64,000 nt of DNA from Patescibacteria group bacterium (GTDB lineage Bacteria > Patescibacteriota > Minisyncoccia > UBA6257 > GWB1-50-10), in the NCBI GenBank assembly GCA_024239035.1, contig JANBVK010000001.1:338115-402114 (forward strand). Direction: 5' to 3'. Both the position numbers and the translations under genes were made by a program. Each line of letters begins with the position of its first letter. The stretch's first letter is position 1. Below are positions 1 through 10,207 of this stretch, piece after piece. The notes under the pieces are model-generated. The model ran no database searches, was not told where the DNA came from, and saw only the letters and a program-made list of their open reading frames with translations.

Positions 1-1
1 C

Positions 2-154
2 TTGGGAAAAGTATCAGGCTCGTCCCCAAATATGATAATATGCGACACAATTAAAGGTCACGGTTGGAAGAGGGCAGAAAACAACAATCTCTATCACTAT
101 AAAGCTCCTTCAAAAGAAGAATACGAAGAAGCTTTATCTGAACTAAATGGCTGA
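2..154 (+). CDS. Transketolase N-terminal (TPP-binding) subunit, 3' end only
   Basis: Manual translation ...IICDTIKGHGWKRAENNNLYHYKAPSKEEYEEALSELNG*. TIKGxG motif; overlaps the start of the next transketolase subunit. Confidence 0.8.
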   Translation: MGKVSGSSPNMIICDTIKGHGWKRAENNNLYHYKAPSKEEYEEALSELNG

Positions 155-653
155 AATAATTCAGAAACTGGATAATCGGAGGATATTCATTGATACTCTT
201 TGTGAATTGGCAGAGAAAGACAAGGGTATAGTCTTTATAATTCCGGACGTCGGCTTCAATTATGCAGAGAAATTCCAAAAATTATACCCAGGAAGATTTT
301 TCAACCTCGGCGTTACAGAACAAAGTTCAATGATAATTGCTTCGGCCTTGGCGCTTTCAGGTTTCAAGCCTTATATTTACTCTATGATTAATTTTGTTAC
401 CTTTAGAGTTCATGAAATGGTAAGAAATGCTATTTGTATGCACGGGGCAAATGTAAAAATTCTGGGCGTTAAAGGAAGTGAGAAATACGCTTTTTTGGGT
501 TTCAGTCACAACCTTCTACACGAAAACGAAGAGATAGATTTCTTGAACAAATTGCCCGGCATGAGCACCTACGTTCCGATAGATCCGCAAGAAACCAGAG
601 AAGTCATATTAAAAACTTACCAAGACCCCAACCCAGCCTATATAAGGTTATAA
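147..653 (+). CDS. Transketolase pyrimidine-binding subunit, short (no C-terminal domain)
   Basis: RFFNLGVTEQ, GFSH and PAYIRL motifs; 168 aa. Confidence 0.85.
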   Translation: MAEIIQKLDNRRIFIDTLCELAEKDKGIVFIIPDVGFNYAEKFQKLYPGRFFNLGVTEQSSMIIASALALSGFKPYIYSMINFVTFRVHEMVRNAICMHGANVKILGVKGSEKYAFLGFSHNLLHENEEIDFLNKLPGMSTYVPIDPQETREVILKTYQDPNPAYIRL

Positions 654-657
654 GAAT

Positions 658-1827
658 ATGGAATATAAAGTTAGATTCGCAAATCCGCAAAAGCAATATG
701 CCGACCACCGCGATGAATTTCTGAAAGTCTTTGATGAGACGCTCTCGCGAGGCGCAATCGTAAACCGTGAAGAGCTCTGGAAATTCGAAGAAGATTTTGC
801 CAAATTTGCCGGCACGAAATACGCTGTTGGCGTAAACTCAGGTACCTCAGCGCTTGATATCGCCTTTCAGGCGGCTGGAATCGGCCCCGGAGACGAAGTA
901 ATCACCGTTGCCCACACTTTTATTGCAAGTGTTTCCACGGTATATCTTACTGGCGCAAAACCGGTTTTGATTGACGTTGGCAAGGATTTCAATATGGACG
1001 TAAAACTCATTGAAAAAGCGCTAACTCCAAAAACCAAAGCAATTGAACCGGTTCACTTAAATGGCCGGCTTTGCGACATGGAAGCAATAATGGACGTAGC
1101 CAAACGCAAAGGACTTACGGTGATTGAGGATGCGGCACAAGCTTTGGGAGCGACAATGAAAATGGCCGACGGCCCGGTGAAGCGCGCTGGTACATTCGGT
1201 TTGGTCGGCTGTTTTTCCCTTTATTTCGCTAAAACCATGGGCGGCTTCGGTAACAACGGAATAGCAATAACCAACGACGAAGAAATAGCTCAAAAAATGA
1301 AACTTATGCGCTACAATGGGGAGGATCGGGAAAGCCGCAAATTCTACTATCACGCTCATAATTTCCTAATGGATAATGTTCACGCCGCACTTCTTAACAT
1401 TAAACTCAAACATCTGCCTGATTGGCTAAAACAGAGAAAGGAAATCGCTGAAAAATATCGTGAAGGATTTAGTACTCTATCACGGGTTTCACTTCCGCAT
1501 TTTGACGACCCCCGTTTCTCCGATGTTTACACCAATTATGTAATTCGTGCCGAACGCCGCGACGAACTTAAAAAACATCTTGAAGAACGAGGGATTGAAA
1601 CTCTAATTTCATGGGAAATCCCTATATATGAAGAGCCTGTTTTCGCGGAGCCGAAATTTAATAAAGGTTTTGGAACACCAAAACTCATAAGCGAGGGGGG
1701 TGAGTCAAACAAACTCCCCGAAACTGAAAAAATATGTGAAGAGGTGATCTCTCTACCAATGTATCCCGAGTTGACAGAGAGCCAAATTAATTATACTGTG
1801 AAAGCGGTTCGTGAATTCTATAACTAA
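658..1827 (+). CDS. DegT/DnrJ/EryC1/StrS family PLP sugar aminotransferase
   Basis: VNSGTSAL, IEDAAQA, SLYFAKTMGG (PLP lysine), ISLPMYPEL. Confidence 0.93.
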   Translation: MEYKVRFANPQKQYADHRDEFLKVFDETLSRGAIVNREELWKFEEDFAKFAGTKYAVGVNSGTSALDIAFQAAGIGPGDEVITVAHTFIASVSTVYLTGAKPVLIDVGKDFNMDVKLIEKALTPKTKAIEPVHLNGRLCDMEAIMDVAKRKGLTVIEDAAQALGATMKMADGPVKRAGTFGLVGCFSLYFAKTMGGFGNNGIAITNDEEIAQKMKLMRYNGEDRESRKFYYHAHNFLMDNVHAALLNIKLKHLPDWLKQRKEIAEKYREGFSTLSRVSLPHFDDPRFSDVYTNYVIRAERRDELKKHLEERGIETLISWEIPIYEEPVFAEPKFNKGFGTPKLISEGGESNKLPETEKICEEVISLPMYPELTESQINYTVKAVREFYN

Positions 1828-3673
1828 CTTTTTAGGGCGGCAAAAAGTAATCCTTTTTGCGCTTACCGACGTATTTTTCGTCGCCCTCAGTTTAATATTG
1901 GCGTTTCTTTTAAGGTTTGACGGCGTACTGCCCCTTGAATATCAGGGGAGATTTTTATTGTACGTCGTGATCCTTGCCGCGCTAAACGTTTTCTTTCTTT
2001 TCAGACAACGTCTTTACTCGTTTGCGTGGGAGTTCGTGAGTCTCCGGGAACTTGCAAAACTCTTAAAAGCGATCACCTTTGCCAGTACGGTTTTTGCTCT
2101 TATCGTCTTTTTGGGACTCGGAAACACCGAGCTTTTTGCGGGATTCCCTCGCTCAGTAATATTTATTAACTACGCGCTGAATTTAATTTTTATCGGCAGC
2201 GTCAGAATTGCAAAACGAACGTGGCAAGAGGTGGTAAAGAAACAGCCTGTGTCTCAAGCGCCGCGAGCCCTCATTGTCGGGGCAGACGTTGAGGGAGAAA
2301 GACTCATCCGCAATTTAGTCAACACAACAAAAAGCTATCCTTTTATGCCTATAGGCATTGTTGACCACCGAAAAGAAAAAGTTGGTACGAAAATCCACGA
2401 TATAGAAGTAATGGGCACCATTGAAGATATCCCTAAATCTGTTCGCGATCATAATGTGGAATACGTCATCATTTCCCTTGCTTCTGCCGACGCCCATGTA
2501 ATTCGTGAAGCGGTAAAGCAGGCCCGGGAAGCCAACGTCAAGCATATAAGAATTATTCCCGACACTCATGAGTTACTTTCAGGCCGAGTAACCTTGACCG
2601 ACCTGAGAGAAATACAAATTGAGGATCTCCTCGGCCGGAACCCGGCTCACATCGAAACAGAGAAAATAAGCGAGTTTATTCGCGGTAAAGTTGTGATGAT
2701 AACCGGTGCGGCAGGATCAATCGGTAGAGAACTAGCCCGCCAAGCCGCCGCTTTCGAACCAACTAGTCTCGTCTTGGTTGATTTTAATGAAAGCGATCTC
2801 TATGATCTCCACGCTGAACTTTCGAGTACTCTCTCTCACGAACATCTGAAACCAGTTATTGCAAATATCAACAACCGAGGAAAAATATTTACTCTTGTAA
2901 AAGAATTCAAACCCCACATCATCTTCCACGCCGCTGCCTACAAGCACGTGCCGCTTATGGAAGAATTTCCAGATGAGGCAGTGGAGACTAACATTTTTGG
3001 GACTCTAAACGTCGCCGAAGCCGCACTTGAAGCAAACGTTCATAAGTTTGTTCTCGTCTCAACAGACAAAGCGATTCGCCCCGTCTCCGTGATGGGTAAA
3101 ACAAAACGAGTCGCTGAACTTATCGTCCAAGAACTAAACGAACAGGCCAAAACAAAATTTGTATCTGTCCGATTTGGTAACGTCATTGGTTCTCGCGGCA
3201 GCGTCGTGCCGCTCTTTAAAGAACAGATTAAACGCCGGGCGCCTATTACCATCACTCATCCCGATATGACGCGGTACTTTATGACTATTCAAGAAGCTGC
3301 CCTCCTTGTGATGGAGGCGGGTGCAGTTGGCGGGGGAGGAGAAATTTTTATGCTCGATATGGGAAAACCGGTTAAAATAGAGGATCTTGCCAAAGAAATG
3401 ATCCGTCTTGCCGGCCTAAGACCCGACGTTGACATCCCTCTTGTTTTTACCGGTATTCGCCCCGGTGAAAAGATTTTTGAAGAAATATTTAGCGCTGACG
3501 AAAAGCAGGTTGGCAAAACCCAATGGGATAAAATATTTATTACAAAAAACAACTACCCAAACAATTCCGCCCCGAACAAAGAAAGGTTAGCTGCTCTCAA
3601 AGAATCTCTTATAAACCCTTCTCAATCGATAGAGAGAGCCCTCGATAGGTTCTCAGAACCTAAAGAGAATTGA
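1811..3673 (+). CDS. Membrane-anchored UDP-sugar 4,6-dehydratase (CapD/PglF-like)
   Basis: Four N-terminal TM segments, ITGAAGSIG, HAAAYKHVP, STDKA, RFGNVIGSRGSV, GIRPGEK. Confidence 0.93.
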   Translation: MNSITNFLGRQKVILFALTDVFFVALSLILAFLLRFDGVLPLEYQGRFLLYVVILAALNVFFLFRQRLYSFAWEFVSLRELAKLLKAITFASTVFALIVFLGLGNTELFAGFPRSVIFINYALNLIFIGSVRIAKRTWQEVVKKQPVSQAPRALIVGADVEGERLIRNLVNTTKSYPFMPIGIVDHRKEKVGTKIHDIEVMGTIEDIPKSVRDHNVEYVIISLASADAHVIREAVKQAREANVKHIRIIPDTHELLSGRVTLTDLREIQIEDLLGRNPAHIETEKISEFIRGKVVMITGAAGSIGRELARQAAAFEPTSLVLVDFNESDLYDLHAELSSTLSHEHLKPVIANINNRGKIFTLVKEFKPHIIFHAAAYKHVPLMEEFPDEAVETNIFGTLNVAEAALEANVHKFVLVSTDKAIRPVSVMGKTKRVAELIVQELNEQAKTKFVSVRFGNVIGSRGSVVPLFKEQIKRRAPITITHPDMTRYFMTIQEAALLVMEAGAVGGGGEIFMLDMGKPVKIEDLAKEMIRLAGLRPDVDIPLVFTGIRPGEKIFEEIFSADEKQVGKTQWDKIFITKNNYPNNSAPNKERLAALKESLINPSQSIERALDRFSEPKEN

Positions 3674-6086
3674 GAATCTCCCAATTCTCTTTTTCCGCTA
3701 AATCAATAATAATGTCCATGTCGGTCTCGAGTGTAGGATCAAGTGCTTTTAGCTTTTGGGCATTGCGGATAATACTCTCTTTGTCTTGCAGGATGCGGTA
3801 AATCGTTAATGCGTCGTAGTAGTAATCTATCTGACTCGGGTGAAATGAAATAAGAACCTCCAAGACATCTGCAAATTTATCAGTCTTTCCCCAGGTCTTG
3901 TAGAGAATTAACATATTCTTCAAGTCACTCTCAAGAAAGAGGTAATATTGCGTGCTGGTTGGATCAGAACCCACGTACAGCTCGGGCGAACCGAGCCGGT
4001 TTCTACCCAACCGACGGGTGACATCAAGTTCTTTCTCGGCTTCCTCACGGTAGACAACTTGAAGCGGCGTCCCTTTGTTCTTATCTGAATCAGCAGCAAG
4101 AGCAAGCACTATACCAAGCTGGTAGTGCGATTTAGCTAAACGATCGTCCAGCGCGGCTGTACTCCTGGCGAGCTCAATTGACTCGTCGTACCGTTCTTCC
4201 CCCGCCAAAACAAAAGCTAATTGATAGAGAAGGCCCTGACGTTGCGGCGAGAGTTCAAGAGCCTCTTTTATAAACATCTCACTTTTTGGAAATACTGCGG
4301 AATCATCCTTCGCTCGCTCATTGTACGACTCAACAAGGCGGGTGAAATTACGCGGTTCGTAGGGTTCTTTTTTAACTACTTCTTCCAGGGCGCCGAGCGC
4401 CTTATCAACGAGCGGTTCAAACTTCTCTTCATTGATAACATTGTTATTGTATAGCACCTCTATAAACTGGGCTCGTATTTCCATCTGCGCAAATGTATAG
4501 GGAAAAAGGAACGAATCGGATGCGGCAAGTATCTTCTCACCTACCCTTAGATCAAGCGTTCCAAAAAATCTAGTCGTCTGCCGCCACGGCACAATGTTAT
4601 ACGCATAAAGTGTGTATGTTACTACTATAATGATGATGACGGCAGAGAACACTTTTAATAGATATGATTTTGGTGGTGGGATACTACTGGGTTGTTCTTC
4701 TCCACTGAAACGCTTATCCATAAATGCCACCATCATTCCGAGTGAAGCAAAAAACGGTATGTAGGAAGTAACCTGATCAAACACAAATAGGTTCTGAACA
4801 AAGTATGCAACAAGAACTGCCCCAAAAGAGACTAGAAAACCAAACGGGTACAATCCGGACCTTCCGTATTTTCTGCTTATAAGAAAATAAAAAAGAACCG
4901 CAAATATGCTAAGGTAGGCCGCAACACCAACTATACCCTGCATCACGGCGACATCAGCGAGGCGGTTGTGAGCCCTATCAAACCAATCCTCTGCATAAAA
5001 AGCGTAGGCAGGATCGTAGTGTTTGTTATAGGCGACGTTGTAATTTTCAAGTCCCCATCCTAAAATTGGCTTCTCTTTAAACGCATCCCAACTTACCCCA
5101 AGAGCAATAAGCCGTGTAGCGACCGATGGATTCTCCAAAGAAACCGTTGCCGCTCTCTCGACTCCGGGAATAGACTGCCACACAGGAGCGCTGCGCGTCA
5201 TCCAGAAAACAACCACTCCAGCCAAGAGCACAACAAGCAATCCAAAGCTTACCCAACGCAACTTGATACTCTTGAAAAATAGATACAATAATAGGAAAAG
5301 AACACCCGACAACAGACCAAGCAACGCCCCGCGGATAGCAGTGATAAAAATCGTGAGAACCGCAACCACAGTAAAAATTGCCGTTCCGTACCGCCAGAAA
5401 CTTTTTTTAGGAGAGAAAAAGAAAACAAAAGCTGCCGCCCCAAGAGAAATAATAATTGAACTTGCCAGAAAAGCAGCATTACCGGTAAACGACCCCGGCT
5501 GTGATGAAGAACCAATGAGATTTACAAACTGCCTCAGACGGTCACCGCTGAAAATCAAAGACAGCATCCCCCCTGCCAATCCTAGATACTGTATCCACGC
5601 CCATATCATCAGTAGAAACACTGTCACAAGCATAAATTTTGCAAACTTAAGCCACTCATGTCTATTAAACACAAGAAGTCCCATCACAAAAAACAATCCA
5701 AAGTGCAGAAGACCAAAAAAACCTTCTCCCCGCTCAAGCGTCCCGAAGAACGCCCGATAAGCATTGGGCGCCAAGATACTACTAAGAAGCGCAGAGATAA
5801 AAAATACCCCCACCGCGATAACGAGAGGATTACGAATAAGTGCTCGGAATCGTCTGTGTAATTCATTAACATCCTCACCCTCCCTCCGGTAGAGAATCAT
5901 AAGGTAATAGACGGCAAGTAAAACCGCGGCGAGTTCTATTAGAACTCTGTAAAAAACCGCCTTACCAAATACGAGTGGGAAAAGCGAACCAGGAGTAACA
6001 ATGAGAAGAGCTAAAACGCTAAGGAAGAGTAATCCTTTTACCAGCCTTAGTACAATCTTGGAATTCATGACACTCATTGTAATCAT
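3660..6086 (-). CDS. O-antigen ligase/O-oligosaccharyltransferase-like membrane protein with C-terminal TPR-like region
   Basis: About 12 TM segments; PILGWGLENY and FDRAHN Wzy_C-type motifs; helical C-terminus. Start moved from 6104 to 6086 because a TAGAAT -10 box lies 7 nt upstream of that ATG. Confidence 0.8.
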   Translation of the reverse strand: MITMSVMNSKIVLRLVKGLLFLSVLALLIVTPGSLFPLVFGKAVFYRVLIELAAVLLAVYYLMILYRREGEDVNELHRRFRALIRNPLVIAVGVFFISALLSSILAPNAYRAFFGTLERGEGFFGLLHFGLFFVMGLLVFNRHEWLKFAKFMLVTVFLLMIWAWIQYLGLAGGMLSLIFSGDRLRQFVNLIGSSSQPGSFTGNAAFLASSIIISLGAAAFVFFFSPKKSFWRYGTAIFTVVAVLTIFITAIRGALLGLLSGVLFLLLYLFFKSIKLRWVSFGLLVVLLAGVVVFWMTRSAPVWQSIPGVERAATVSLENPSVATRLIALGVSWDAFKEKPILGWGLENYNVAYNKHYDPAYAFYAEDWFDRAHNRLADVAVMQGIVGVAAYLSIFAVLFYFLISRKYGRSGLYPFGFLVSFGAVLVAYFVQNLFVFDQVTSYIPFFASLGMMVAFMDKRFSGEEQPSSIPPPKSYLLKVFSAVIIIIVVTYTLYAYNIVPWRQTTRFFGTLDLRVGEKILAASDSFLFPYTFAQMEIRAQFIEVLYNNNVINEEKFEPLVDKALGALEEVVKKEPYEPRNFTRLVESYNERAKDDSAVFPKSEMFIKEALELSPQRQGLLYQLAFVLAGEERYDESIELARSTAALDDRLAKSHYQLGIVLALAADSDKNKGTPLQVVYREEAEKELDVTRRLGRNRLGSPELYVGSDPTSTQYYLFLESDLKNMLILYKTWGKTDKFADVLEVLISFHPSQIDYYYDALTIYRILQDKESIIRNAQKLKALDPTLETDMDIIIDLAEKENWEILNSL

Positions 6087-6105
6087 TCCTATAATTCTAT
6101 GCAAA

Positions 6106-6134
6106 CAAAAAACCGCCGGATGGGCGGTTTTTTG
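6106..6134 (-). terminator. Intrinsic terminator of the surface-protein gene
   Basis: caaaaaaccgcc-ggatg-ggcggttttttg hairpin with A/T tracts. Confidence 0.85.
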
Positions 6135-6169
6135 TGCACTCAGCGCAATTTCTAGAATTACCAGAATTA

Positions 6170-9100
6170 CTAGTTAGACAGCGAGAACGTGTCAGACGGG
6201 AAGGTATCAACAAAGACACCGTTTGCCCAGTCTGTCGTCAGAAGCGTGTGTCCAACCGCTGAATTATCCGACCAGACAAATCCGCTGTCATCAGCGTCAA
6301 CCACTCCATCAACTGCCGTAGCACCTGAACCAGCAGCTACTAGGAAAGCAACGCCTTTTGCGATGCTCACTGAACTAGTATCCTGCCGCAAAACCAATTG
6401 CGTGGAAATATTATCACTGGTATCAGTGGTAATGCTTCCCATACTGATCCTGTACTGGCGAGATCCGCCACCGGCAATCTGCTCTTCGCTGGAGAGGTAC
6501 AACGATATGTTCATCGACGTTGCGCTATCCGCAGCTGATGTCGCCGTAGTACCAATCGTGAGATTAACGCTGTTAGTCAAGTCACGAAGGGTAACTGTTA
6601 ACGTACCACTACTAGCAGGCAGTGTCGCGCCGGCCGCGCTCACTTTAAAGCTCACCACTCCCCACGAGAGCTGCTCGTTGGAAGTTTTGTTTACAACAGT
6701 GAACTTAATGAGGTCGTTAGTTCCGCCAACAAGTGCCGAAGTGCCGGGTGTCTGAACGGTGATCTCTGGGTAGGTCTCGTAGTAGACTTTTTGTTTACCC
6801 AACGCACCTGGACTCAGCGTCGATACTGTTGAAGCGGCACCGGTTGCCTCAAAGCCAGTTTCCCTGACATGGACGTAGATGCTCCTTCCGGATGTTCCAC
6901 CTCCCGTTCCAACGGTAGGATTGAGATCAGCCTTTACGGTAAGCGTCTTGGTTGTATCTTTCGGAATCAACCAACCCAGGTCCTCAATGGTGACCTCGCC
7001 TGCCGAGCTACCTGAACCAATCGGGACATACCCTGAAGTTGAACCTATCAAGTTTGTACCGTCGTAGAGGTAGACCGCAGAAACCTCAGCCGTTGAGGTT
7101 GCCGCCGCAGCCGTGGATGAATCATTGTTAACCAAGAGTTTGAGGTCTTGGATTGTCAACGATTCGTTGGTTGCGGTGAACCGGAACTTGCTGAAGATCG
7201 TCTTGTTCCCGCCAGCTGCAACGATGGTTGCTTTGCTCTCGGAATCATCCGGAGCAGTCGCAACGGTCACAGAGCCGGCGTTCAAGATAGTGATTTTCAC
7301 ACCAGCTTCCACATTCAGAAAATCAGAGCCGCTGTAAGCGGGCTCATTACCCTCCGTGTCAACGGCGACAATGTCAACACCGGTTGTATCTGCAACATTT
7401 ACAATAGCAAGCGCGTACTCATTATTGAAGGTTGCTGAAGACGAAAGGTTAACCTTTACAACAAGTACTTTCTGGGCACCTTTCGGAATTATGAACTCAA
7501 GGTTGTCAAACGTAGCCGTCGCGGGCGCAGAAGAGCCCGTCAAGGCCTCAGTTGCCCCGATCTGTGTCGTACCGTCAAAAAGCTTCAAGCTTAACATGTC
7601 GGCTTTCTGCTGGGCAAGCGTACCGCTCGCAGCAGATGCCGAAATCTTAATGGTTGTCACTTTAATCTGGTCCGAAGTTGCCCGCAAACCGATGCCAATA
7701 AGAGGAACATCAGTTGACCCCTTCACAAAGCTGTCAGATACCGGCAAACCGGCCAAGCTCACATCCAAAGTCGGGGCTTTCACCGTCAACGTATTGCCGG
7801 GGATAACCGCATCTGGCACCACCTCCGTAGTGGTTAAGAACTGGTTGTTATCCAGGTTCTTAAGATCGCTTGTAAGCGTAAAGGCGTTCAAATCAACTTT
7901 AATGGTCTCGAGGTCCAACCAGTTCGTGTCAGTGTCACCTGTTATATTAAGGTGCCTGGTCTGACCCGCATTAATGGTAAAGACGTCAGAGAGAACAACG
8001 GTTCCAGTAGCATCATCTACCGGGCCCGCGATCACAAAGCCACTATCAACATCAACCACCTTGAAGTCATCAACACCTGCTTGGGTCGTTGAAGCGGTAA
8101 CCGTGAAACGGATGTTCCGCACCTCAAGATTAACATTGGAGTGCATTGTGAAGTCGTAGAGCACTACGTCTTTCAGGTTCTTTGCAACGTCTCCTGTGTT
8201 CGGACCGCCGAAGGCAATGGTAAGTGTCCCTCCTTGCAGGGTCAAAACGTGGTGATTAGACGCAGTGGAGTTAAAGTTGTTTGTCACACTGACCCCGTGA
8301 CCGAACTGCTGACCAATACCAAAGATGTCGGACTTCTCCTCAACGTAGATCTTAATGGTTTCATCCTTTTTGGCGTTGCCAACATCGGCAGTAATCTTAA
8401 GAGTTTCGTTGTCTCCCTTAAGGACCTTAAGGGGAGTCGAAAGCTCAAAGATTATCAAGTCATCGGTGTTTATCGAAGCAACGGTAGCAAGAGTATTTCC
8501 AGCTACGTCTTTCAAGACGAAGTTAGAGATATTTGACTTAGAAATAGTTCCTGCGTAGAAAAGCGCGATACGCTCCACCTCCACATCCTCGGTAGCTGCC
8601 GAGAGACGGAACTGTGAAACGTTCGCTCCTACCTGACCGATACTCGGATTAGACAAACTACCTGTTTTTGCCGCGGTAAGCGAACCAGCCGTTGAGCCCG
8701 AGACATTCATCTCGTTGCCCCGTGTTGGGATACCGGACACGCTCGCATCTGCGGTAACAGCAACCACCTCAAACGAGTGGCGGTTTGCAGCAGCAGCAGT
8801 TGATGACATATCAGCTACAACCGTGAGCGTCTTCACGCCGCTTACTGCCAAGTTAAGGTTAGTAAACGTTGATTCGTGAGAGGACGAATTCACTGAACGA
8901 CCCGAAGTGAGCCGTGTCACGCCATCGTAGAGATACACGTTGTCAAAGTCGGTGGTTGCACCGGCTCCCACGCGTCTCACTACAATAGTTTGAACTGTCC
9001 CGCTTCCTGCAAGGTTAAACTTCAGGAAGGGAACGTTTGCCGCTCCTTTCGGAAGTGACGTACCCAATTGTGTGTCAGATGCCAAGCTCACGGCTAAACC

Positions 9101-9577
9101 AGTAGCCGGAACAGGCACACCGGGCACACTAGGAACTCCGGGGGTTGCCCCGACAACAGCCGTGTACTTAGCCTGAGAAACACTATTCGCAGCCTGCCAT
9201 TTCGCGACAGCACCTCTGGTCAAAGGACCAAAGTAGCTTGTCTCGTTTCCTGGCGAACCAACTCCGCTTGCAGCGAGTGTGTTACCGGTTGCATTGAGGT
9301 ATTGCTGTAAACACTTTACGTCATCACCTGTTGCTCCCAATGTGAGGCTTCGGGAAAACGAACAGGATGCAGACATAGCACCACCTCCTTGCAAAACGGC
9401 TAAACTCGCTTGCAATTGAGAAATGGTAGCCAACAGAGCATTAATTTGAGCTGTAAGATCAGCTATTGATTGAGCTGAAGTTACAGGTATAGGGACGAGA
9501 AGAGAAGCTCCGGTGAGCCACACTGCCGTTGTGACAGAGAGACCGACCGCAGCAACTTTTTTCGTTAATTTACTCAT
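6170..9577 (-). CDS. Large secreted Ser/Thr/Val-rich surface (S-layer-like) protein with N-terminal peptidoglycan-binding-like domain
   Basis: Signal peptide, coiled coil, LTLGATGDDVKCLQQYL..YFGPLTRGAV motif, then repeated beta-sandwich-like modules (LYDG motifs). Confidence 0.75.
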   Translation of the reverse strand: MSKLTKKVAAVGLSVTTAVWLTGASLLVPIPVTSAQSIADLTAQINALLATISQLQASLAVLQGGGAMSASCSFSRSLTLGATGDDVKCLQQYLNATGNTLAASGVGSPGNETSYFGPLTRGAVAKWQAANSVSQAKYTAVVGATPGVPSVPGVPVPATGLAVSLASDTQLGTSLPKGAANVPFLKFNLAGSGTVQTIVVRRVGAGATTDFDNVYLYDGVTRLTSGRSVNSSSHESTFTNLNLAVSGVKTLTVVADMSSTAAAANRHSFEVVAVTADASVSGIPTRGNEMNVSGSTAGSLTAAKTGSLSNPSIGQVGANVSQFRLSAATEDVEVERIALFYAGTISKSNISNFVLKDVAGNTLATVASINTDDLIIFELSTPLKVLKGDNETLKITADVGNAKKDETIKIYVEEKSDIFGIGQQFGHGVSVTNNFNSTASNHHVLTLQGGTLTIAFGGPNTGDVAKNLKDVVLYDFTMHSNVNLEVRNIRFTVTASTTQAGVDDFKVVDVDSGFVIAGPVDDATGTVVLSDVFTINAGQTRHLNITGDTDTNWLDLETIKVDLNAFTLTSDLKNLDNNQFLTTTEVVPDAVIPGNTLTVKAPTLDVSLAGLPVSDSFVKGSTDVPLIGIGLRATSDQIKVTTIKISASAASGTLAQQKADMLSLKLFDGTTQIGATEALTGSSAPATATFDNLEFIIPKGAQKVLVVKVNLSSSATFNNEYALAIVNVADTTGVDIVAVDTEGNEPAYSGSDFLNVEAGVKITILNAGSVTVATAPDDSESKATIVAAGGNKTIFSKFRFTATNESLTIQDLKLLVNNDSSTAAAATSTAEVSAVYLYDGTNLIGSTSGYVPIGSGSSAGEVTIEDLGWLIPKDTTKTLTVKADLNPTVGTGGGTSGRSIYVHVRETGFEATGAASTVSTLSPGALGKQKVYYETYPEITVQTPGTSALVGGTNDLIKFTVVNKTSNEQLSWGVVSFKVSAAGATLPASSGTLTVTLRDLTNSVNLTIGTTATSAADSATSMNISLYLSSEEQIAGGGSRQYRISMGSITTDTSDNISTQLVLRQDTSSVSIAKGVAFLVAAGSGATAVDGVVDADDSGFVWSDNSAVGHTLLTTDWANGVFVDTFPSDTFSLSN

Positions 9578-9931
9578 TTATTTTTCTATTTTTTTATCAG
9601 TTTCAACCTAAATTTATTAAATTTAGAGTCGTCGACCTTTTTTTCTGGAACATTACTCCTCATCCTCGACCACCGCTAACATATAGTGAGGATTTGCAAC
9701 GGAAAGACGGGAAGTAACGGTTAATATCTTTAAAATTTAACAAAAAAGCCCGCTTTTTAGAGCGAGACAAAAACTAGCTTTTAGGCGCTAATAACTAACA
9801 CCCAAAAGCCAATTCACGAAGCTTAGCCTCACTCTAAGCCTATTACCAAACTATTATACACTAGTCGCGTGCTTGTTAAGAAAAGAGCTGTGGATAACTC
9901 TGGTTTCTTTTGGCTTTACGTATATAACGAA

Positions 9932-10119
9932 TGTATCTCCCTCACGTTACTTCCTTTCTTAGTTTTTGAAAGGATCTTGGAGGAACTTGCTTATACTCTC
10001 GCTCAAACCCTCATTATTTGAGTCAAAACATCCAGGTTTGAATCCCGGTGGCGGCACAAGTGAAAAAACATTCAAAAGTTGGTGATCGGTCGGGAAATCA
10101 AACAAGGAAAGGGTCGGGA
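9932..10119. pseudogene. Decayed tRNA 3' half (T-arm plus acceptor strand) with fragments of the tRNA-linked element
   Basis: ccaggtttgaatcccggtggcggcacaa at 10032-10059; cgggaaatcaaac-aaggaaagggtcggga at 10091-10119; ctcaaaccctcattatttgagt at 10002-10023. Confidence 0.5.
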
Positions 10120-10207
10120 CATGGATGATATTTTAGAGAAACCTTATTTATGAATGATATAATAAAGATATAAAGGTCGAATTAAAAATTGGAAACGCTC
10201 AAATATT

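Noticed and set aside
6189-8558. Long plus-strand ORFs opposite the surface-protein gene, and other antisense ORFs in the track
   Set aside because: Shadow frames of well-supported genes on the other strand.
10032-10059. Functional or intron-split tRNA
   Set aside because: No matching 5' half nearby, and the T-loop is mutated (TTTGAAT).
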